Assembly: GCA_002402295.1 (NCBI GenBank)
Contig: DHFO01000047.1
Location: forward strand, 15,327-79,326
Length of the DNA stretch: 64,000 nucleotides
Reading direction: 5' to 3'
Origin: Caldiserica bacterium UBA4822
GTDB taxonomy: Bacteria; Caldisericota; Caldisericia; Cryosericales; Cryosericaceae
Shown here: in pieces, positions 59,093 to 64,000 of the stretch
How positions within the stretch are numbered: the first letter of the stretch is position 1
Layout of the letters: every line of letters begins with the position of its first letter
Made by a program: the position numbers and the translations under genes
The notes under the pieces: model-generated
Told to the model about the DNA's origin: nothing
Seen by the model: only the letters and a program-made list of their open reading frames with translations
The model's database searches: none

Positions 59093-60204
59093 TCACCATT
59101 GGCGCGCAGCACCTGTTTGATGGACATGCAATTGCTGGTGAAACCGTCGTGATGATCGAAGGTGACCGTGTTGTATCGGTAGATGCAGCCGGATCGACGG
59201 CGATTGAAGACTGCGACTATCATGCGGCTTGGTTGACCCCTGGCTTCATCGACATCGACTCGGGCATTGGCCTCAAGGAAGAGTCACTGGGAGTTGAGGG
59301 GAACGACTGGAACGAAAGCACCGATGCTGTCACGCCCGAAATGCAGGCCCTCGACGGTCTTACTCCCTATGATACCAGTCTCACCAAGGCACTCATGGGC
59401 GGCGTGACGACTGCTTTGGTCATGCCGGGTGGAGCCAACGTCGTTGGGGGCAGGGGTGCGATAGTGCACCTGGCCGGCCCCACCGTAACCGAGATGTGTA
59501 TCAGAGCTCCTTTTGGCGTCAAGTTCTCACTGGGGAACGATCCCAAACGGACCCATGGTCAGAAGCGAACACCTATGACCCGGATGGGAAACGCGTTTCT
59601 GATCCGGGACCTCTTGATGCGAGCACGTGACTACAAGGAGAAGAAGAAAGAGTTCAACATGAAGTACGAGGCTCTCCTGCCTCTGCTTGCAGGAGATGAC
59701 ATTGCTTTCATCCGGGCCTTGAGATCGGATGATATCGTGACAGCCATGCGGCTGGCCGGGGAATTCGGGTTGCGGTACGTCATAACCGGGGCTTACGATG
59801 CCGATCTTGTGACCGACCAACTCAAGGCGGGCCACGTTTCCGTGGCCTTCGGTCCGCTCATCATGTCCAGAACCGATGAGGAGGCCCGACGCCTGCATCC
59901 AGCCAACGCTGGCAAGTTGCTCGAGGCCGGTGTCGACATGGCGGTCATTTCCGGGCATCCGAATTACCCCGAGAAGTACCTTCACACGTCTCTCGGGTTC
60001 CTCGTCGGTCAGGGGCTGTCCGCTGAACGAGTACTGAGCACAGTGACGAGCGTGCCGGCTCGCATACTCGGACTCGAAGGACTTGGAGAGATTCGGCCTG
60101 GCGCGGCCGCTGACCTAGCACTGTTTGGTGCGGAACCCTGGGAACCGGCGGGGGTCGCTACTCTGACCATGATAGCCGGAAAACCTGTGTATACGCGGTC
60201 CTGA
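59089..60204 (+). CDS. Amidohydrolase paralog lacking metal ligands
   Basis: Colinear with the previous gene but DIDSG, RALR, TG and SGHP replace the His/Asp ligands. Confidence 0.85.
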   Translation: MITIGAQHLFDGHAIAGETVVMIEGDRVVSVDAAGSTAIEDCDYHAAWLTPGFIDIDSGIGLKEESLGVEGNDWNESTDAVTPEMQALDGLTPYDTSLTKALMGGVTTALVMPGGANVVGGRGAIVHLAGPTVTEMCIRAPFGVKFSLGNDPKRTHGQKRTPMTRMGNAFLIRDLLMRARDYKEKKKEFNMKYEALLPLLAGDDIAFIRALRSDDIVTAMRLAGEFGLRYVITGAYDADLVTDQLKAGHVSVAFGPLIMSRTDEEARRLHPANAGKLLEAGVDMAVISGHPNYPEKYLHTSLGFLVGQGLSAERVLSTVTSVPARILGLEGLGEIRPGAAADLALFGAEPWEPAGVATLTMIAGKPVYTRS

Positions 60205-60211
60205 AAGGTAT

Positions 60212-60244
60212 ACGGTACCAGGGTTCTGAAAACCCTGGTACCGT
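60212..60244. terminator. Hairpin between convergent genes
   Basis: ACGGTACCAGGGTT-ctgaa-AACCCTGGTACCGT, perfect 14-bp stem. Confidence 0.75.
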
Positions 60245-60254
60245 GTCCATGAGT

Positions 60255-60914
60255 TCAGGCTGTATCGTTCGTGTCCTTATCTGTGTTCTGTGTATCTGCA
60301 GTGTGGGCTGTTCTACGAACCCGCTCCGCTCCCAGGTGGAACTGACTGCCCTTGAGGAGAATCAATGCAGCGAGTGTGGCAACAATAATGTAATCCGGGT
60401 ACCAGGGTTTGTGGTGGACGATCCATGCAACTGCGGGAATCGCGCCGACGGCTGTCATGAAAGGTGATACGTGGAGCTTCTTCTTCAGGGCAGGTACAAG
60501 GATCCATGCGATCCCGGCTGCAGCAGCGAAGGGGAGGGCCCACAGCACCGCCAGTGGGTAGTTGTCAACGAGGATACCGATCGTCGTGGCAATACCACCA
60601 CCACCCCGGAACTGGAAGAAGACTGGCCAATTGTGTCCCACGATCACGGCAATGAAGGAAGCGATCCACACCCACGGCGGAACAGCGGCCAAGTGAAGCA
60701 CGACACTCACGGCGTACCCTTTGAGTAGATCGAGTACGCCGACCGCGAGGCCATATGGCCAACCATATTGTCTGATGCTGCCTGACAGTCCAGGATTGTC
60801 TTTGAGGCGTATGTCTTCGTGCCTCAGGGAGTAGCTGAGGATGATGCCCCAGCACAGCGATCCCCACAGGTACGATGCCAGAACAAGAGCCCCGTACTTG
60901 AGCCAGCTGTTCAT
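60255..60914 (-). CDS. plsY: PlsY-like glycerol-3-phosphate acyltransferase (divergent motifs)
   Basis: YLWGS, DIR..NPG, DLLKG and GHNWPVF..FRGGGGIAT motifs. Confidence 0.75.
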   Translation of the reverse strand: MNSWLKYGALVLASYLWGSLCWGIILSYSLRHEDIRLKDNPGLSGSIRQYGWPYGLAVGVLDLLKGYAVSVVLHLAAVPPWVWIASFIAVIVGHNWPVFFQFRGGGGIATTIGILVDNYPLAVLWALPFAAAAGIAWILVPALKKKLHVSPFMTAVGAIPAVAWIVHHKPWYPDYIIVATLAALILLKGSQFHLGAERVRRTAHTADTQNTDKDTNDTA

Positions 60915-61112
60915 CAGTCCTCCAGGCGAGCGTTGGATTCGGGCAAGGTACGGCTCGTCTACCGTTTTCTAGTCGTTAGTCTAGGTCACAACTCTCGCTT
61001 GTAAAGCATGCAGTGGCCGATATACTTGTCTGAATGATGTTTCAGGGATTGCGAGGCGTGCAGTTCTGCCCGGCAGTGTCTGGGCCCGCGCACGTGCTGA
61101 ATTGGAGGAGCA

Positions 61113-61676
61113 GTGGAGTTCTGGACGATTCTGGTGATAGCAGTTGGGTTGTCTATGGATGCGTTTGCCATTTCGCTGGCGAGTGGGTGTACTGTTCAGC
61201 ATCTCACGGCTCAAAGAGCGCTCAAGACGGGGTGGTGGTTTGGCGGGTTCCAGATGCTGATGCCGATTGTCGGCTGGCTGGCCGGTCTTGCACTTCGAGG
61301 ACCAGTACAAAACGTCAGCCACTGGGTAGCTTTTGCTCTGTTGAGCGTTATTGGGGTCAAAATGATCGTGGAAAGTCTGCGTGGCCGTGCCGCTGGCGAG
61401 GCTCCAGTGCGTGGAGATGCCACGTGGCGAGAGATGCTGGTGCTTGCTATCGCGACAAGCATTGACGCCCTTGCTGTTGGAGTAAGCCTTTCCATATTGC
61501 AGATTTCCATCTGGTGGCCAGCACTGTTGATTGGCATAGTGACCTTCTCTCTGTCGGTCGCCGGGACTCTGCTTGGGTGTCAGGTCGGTGGGTTGCTTCA
61601 AGACAAGGCCGAGGTTGTAGGCGGCGTAGCTCTCGTGGGCATCGGTGTCAAGATCCTTCTCGAAGGGCTGCTCTAG
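61113..61676 (+). CDS. mntP: Manganese efflux pump MntP
   Basis: LSMDAFA, FQMLMP and ATSIDALAVG motifs. Confidence 0.92.
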   Translation: MEFWTILVIAVGLSMDAFAISLASGCTVQHLTAQRALKTGWWFGGFQMLMPIVGWLAGLALRGPVQNVSHWVAFALLSVIGVKMIVESLRGRAAGEAPVRGDATWREMLVLAIATSIDALAVGVSLSILQISIWWPALLIGIVTFSLSVAGTLLGCQVGGLLQDKAEVVGGVALVGIGVKILLEGLL

Positions 61677-61700
61677 CGAAACAGCCAGGAGGCAGGAAGC

Positions 61701-62477
61701 ATGGGTCATACGCTGTTTGATGGCGAATACAAGTACCACATCAAGGTGCGTCAGGGGGACGTGGGAAGGTACGTGCTGCTTCCAGGGGACCCTGGTCGAT
61801 GCGAACTCATTGCGGGAGCTTTCGACAATCCCGTAAGGGTCGCCCAGAACAGGGAGTACGTGACCTACTCCGGGACTCTTCTGGGAGAGCGGGTTTCGGT
61901 GACATCCACAGGGATCGGGGGGCCATCCACAGCCATCGCTGTTGAGGAGCTCTCCATGGTTGGTGCCGATACATTCATTCGGGTTGGAACGTCTGGCGCG
62001 ATGCAGTCCGGCATGAATGTTGGCGACCTTGCGATCGTTACGGCGGCCATTCGGGATGAAGGGACGAGCCGGCAGTACCTGCCTGTCGAGTTTCCGGCAG
62101 TTGCTGACATGGCCGTAACGTTGGCTCTCAAGACAGCGGCTGCTCGTCTCCGGTACCCCGCTCACCTGGGCATTACGCAGTCGAAGGACTCGTTCTATGG
62201 TGAGATCAACCCTGACCGACAACCTATCGGTGAAGAACTCAGGGCGCGGCGAAGAGCGTGGATCGCAGGCGGAGCGATTTGTTCTGAAATGGAATCATCA
62301 ACACTATTCATCATTGCCAGTATACTCAGGCGACGGGCGGGTGGTGTGATGCTGGTCGTGAACAACGACGAGGAAGTGGAGCATGGACAGATCCGCGAGG
62401 CTCCGCTGGAGAGGCTTGTGCTGACCGGCGTGGAAGCACTCAAGGTGCTTATTCAACAGGATCGTGCATCTGCGTAG
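61701..62477 (+). CDS. udp: Uridine phosphorylase
   Basis: YHI, LPGDPGR, REY, STGIGGPS, RVGTSG, DSFYG and SEME motifs. Confidence 0.92.
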   Translation: MGHTLFDGEYKYHIKVRQGDVGRYVLLPGDPGRCELIAGAFDNPVRVAQNREYVTYSGTLLGERVSVTSTGIGGPSTAIAVEELSMVGADTFIRVGTSGAMQSGMNVGDLAIVTAAIRDEGTSRQYLPVEFPAVADMAVTLALKTAAARLRYPAHLGITQSKDSFYGEINPDRQPIGEELRARRRAWIAGGAICSEMESSTLFIIASILRRRAGGVMLVVNNDEEVEHGQIREAPLERLVLTGVEALKVLIQQDRASA

Positions 62478-62570
62478 CACTAGACGCTCGTCCGGCTTCC
62501 GCAGCTTATGCTCTTGCCTTGACACCAGGTTGAACATAGGCTGTACCTAGCTGACTGTTGCTATGGAGGA

Positions 62571-62954
62571 GTGATGTATCTTCTGGTTATTATCACGACG
62601 CAGGAGGAGAAGACCTATGAGTACCTGCGGCTCTTGCCTGCAGTTGGGGTACGAGGCGCCACTGTTGTCGACGGAAAAGGGATGGGACGTATTCTCCGGG
62701 ACCACGACACTGTTTACACATCACTTGAACAGGTCCTCAGCGCCAGCATCGACCTGAGAGACAATGTTATCATCCTGTCTCTGCTGGAGGGCGGCAAATC
62801 TCTTGAGGCCGCCCGGCGCCTGGCTCATCGAGTCTTCGGGGATTTTTCGAGGCCAAATACCGGGGTGATGTTCGTGCTGCCTATCACGGACGCAGAAGGC
62901 CTTACCGCAGTGTCGAGTGAGGCAGAGAATTCTCCCTCATCGAAGCGACTCTAG
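62571..62954 (+). CDS. PII-like (GlnB-fold) protein
   Basis: GVRGATVVDGKGMG and PNTGVMFVLP patterns. Confidence 0.65.
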   Translation: MMYLLVIITTQEEKTYEYLRLLPAVGVRGATVVDGKGMGRILRDHDTVYTSLEQVLSASIDLRDNVIILSLLEGGKSLEAARRLAHRVFGDFSRPNTGVMFVLPITDAEGLTAVSSEAENSPSSKRL

Positions 62955-62981
62955 TCTGAGCAATCTGTTGTGGTGCCTTTC

Positions 62982-63221
62982 TCAGCCGCCGCCTAGAAAG
63001 GGCATGATGAAGAGACTGTCGCCGTCGTGCAGTGTCGTATCATATGGGATTCGTTGACCATTAACAAGAACGAAGCCCGCCCGTGTTGCACCAATGCCGA
63101 GAATAGCCAGAACATTCTTCACGGTCGTCCCCTCAGGCACGTTGATACTGTGAGGGTCACCCGTCTGTTCGGCAACTATCGGGTGCAGGTTCAGGACGAT
63201 GGTCATGGTACGCTTGTTCAA
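62982..63221 (-). CDS. MoaD/ThiS-family ubiquitin-like sulfur carrier
   Basis: GTTV, VNG, LHDGD motifs and C-terminal GGG; start 63221 or 63206. Confidence 0.85.
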   Translation of the reverse strand: MNKRTMTIVLNLHPIVAEQTGDPHSINVPEGTTVKNVLAILGIGATRAGFVLVNGQRIPYDTTLHDGDSLFIMPFLGGG

Positions 63222-64000
63222 CAGTCAAAGTACAGCTCAAATTCCTTGGGATGCGGTAGTCGGCGAAGCACTTCCTCCTCATGCTGGAGTTTATACCGGC
63301 AGAAGGTGTCGACAAAGGAGGCAGGAAAGACTCCGGGTCCAGTCAGGAACCCACTGTCCTGCCGTAGAGCCACAAATGCTTCGCGAAGAGACGTGGGCAG
63401 TACGGGAATCTCTGCGATGACATCGTCAGGAAGCTGCTCAATGTCGCCAGTATATGGGCCCAGATGCAGCGGCACAGGGTCAAGCCCCCGTTCGATCCCG
63501 TCAATTCCCGCGAGGAGCATGGCGCTCATGGCAAGGTACACGTTTGTTGTGGCATCTGGCGGTCTGAACTCAATGCGCTTTTCTTCTGGCGTGTCCGCAT
63601 AGATGGGAACTCGCACGGCAGCACTGCGATTACCAAGGGAGAAGAATGCGCGAACTGGGGCCTCGAATCCTGGTACGAGCCTCTTGTAACTGATTGTCGA
63701 GGGATTTGTAATGCCCAGCAGCGCGGACGCATGGCTGAGAATCCCAGCGATGTAGGAAACCGCAAGCCTCGATAGGTCATAGGGCTCTGCACCTGCGTCA
63801 TAGAACGTAGGCTGCCCGTTTCTGGTCAGGTATTGGTGGAAGTGCATGCCGGTTCCCGCCTGACCGGCCAGGGGTTTCGGCATGAATGTCGCGGTCATGC
63901 CCATCTGGAGAGCCAAGTTCTTGGCGAAGTACTTGATTGTCTGTGATGCGTCTCCCATGGTCCGCAGCGTACGAGGCATGACTTCTAGCTCAACCTGCCC
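63218..64000 (-). CDS. glnA: Glutamine synthetase type I (3' part; 5' end outside the window)
   Basis: TFMPKP, GTGMHFH, SYKRLVPGFEAP, NRSAAVR and IEFRPPD motifs. Confidence 0.95.
   Translation of the reverse strand, partial: GQVELEVMPRTLRTMGDASQTIKYFAKNLALQMGMTATFMPKPLAGQAGTGMHFHQYLTRNGQPTFYDAGAEPYDLSRLAVSYIAGILSHASALLGITNPSTISYKRLVPGFEAPVRAFFSLGNRSAAVRVPIYADTPEEKRIEFRPPDATTNVYLAMSAMLLAGIDGIERGLDPVPLHLGPYTGDIEQLPDDVIAEIPVLPTSLREAFVALRQDSGFLTGPGVFPASFVDTFCRYKLQHEEEVLRRLPHPKEFELYFDC

Noticed and set aside
60915-61112. yybP-ykoY manganese riboswitch upstream of mntP
   Set aside because: The conserved GGGGAGUAG-type core was not found; an Rfam search would settle it
14922-62222. Long antisense ORFs (e.g. 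14922-16022, 17394-18578, 60981-62222)
   Set aside because: They are shadows of well-supported genes on the other strand in GC-rich DNA and have no recognisable motifs
1-64000. CRISPR array, IS elements, prophage or rRNA
   Set aside because: No periodic repeats, transposase, phage structural genes or rRNA-like stretches were seen; nearly all sequence is accounted for by the listed genes

Overview
Gene-dense, fairly GC-rich bacterial chromosome segment with an anaerobe-type metabolism. I saw no CRISPR array, rRNA, transposase or integrase. Left to right: a three-subunit YgfM/XdhD-like molybdenum hydroxylase; pepT; a metal transporter-Fur pair with a 7-1-7 operator; ddl, an alpha/beta hydrolase and a membrane-anchored murF; dcd; a LacI-ribokinase-nucleoside ABC transporter-ADP-ribosylglycohydrolase-nucleoside phosphorylase operon; a GH57-based glycogen cluster (glgA, GalT-like enzyme, nucleotidyltransferase/PMM-like fusion, no glgC in the window) joined to GH1-galK-galT and a divergent galE; a Na/Pi cotransporter; an SOS-type cassette lexA-DUF6504-dnaE2-recA paralog-DUF72-sirtuin pseudogene; several internally deleted pseudogenes (C69 peptidase, CrtO-like, codA); tRNA-Ala(GGC); dtd; gabT; a glycerol operon; an active/degenerate amidohydrolase pair; plsY-like, mntP, udp, PII-like, MoaD and the 3' part of glnA. 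The best candidate for an undescribed system is the DnaE2 cassette. It has no ImuB/Y-family polymerase, carries a terminally truncated RecA paralog, and sits behind a tandem TAGT-N6-ACTA palindrome. All calls come from reading motifs by eye; no searches were run.
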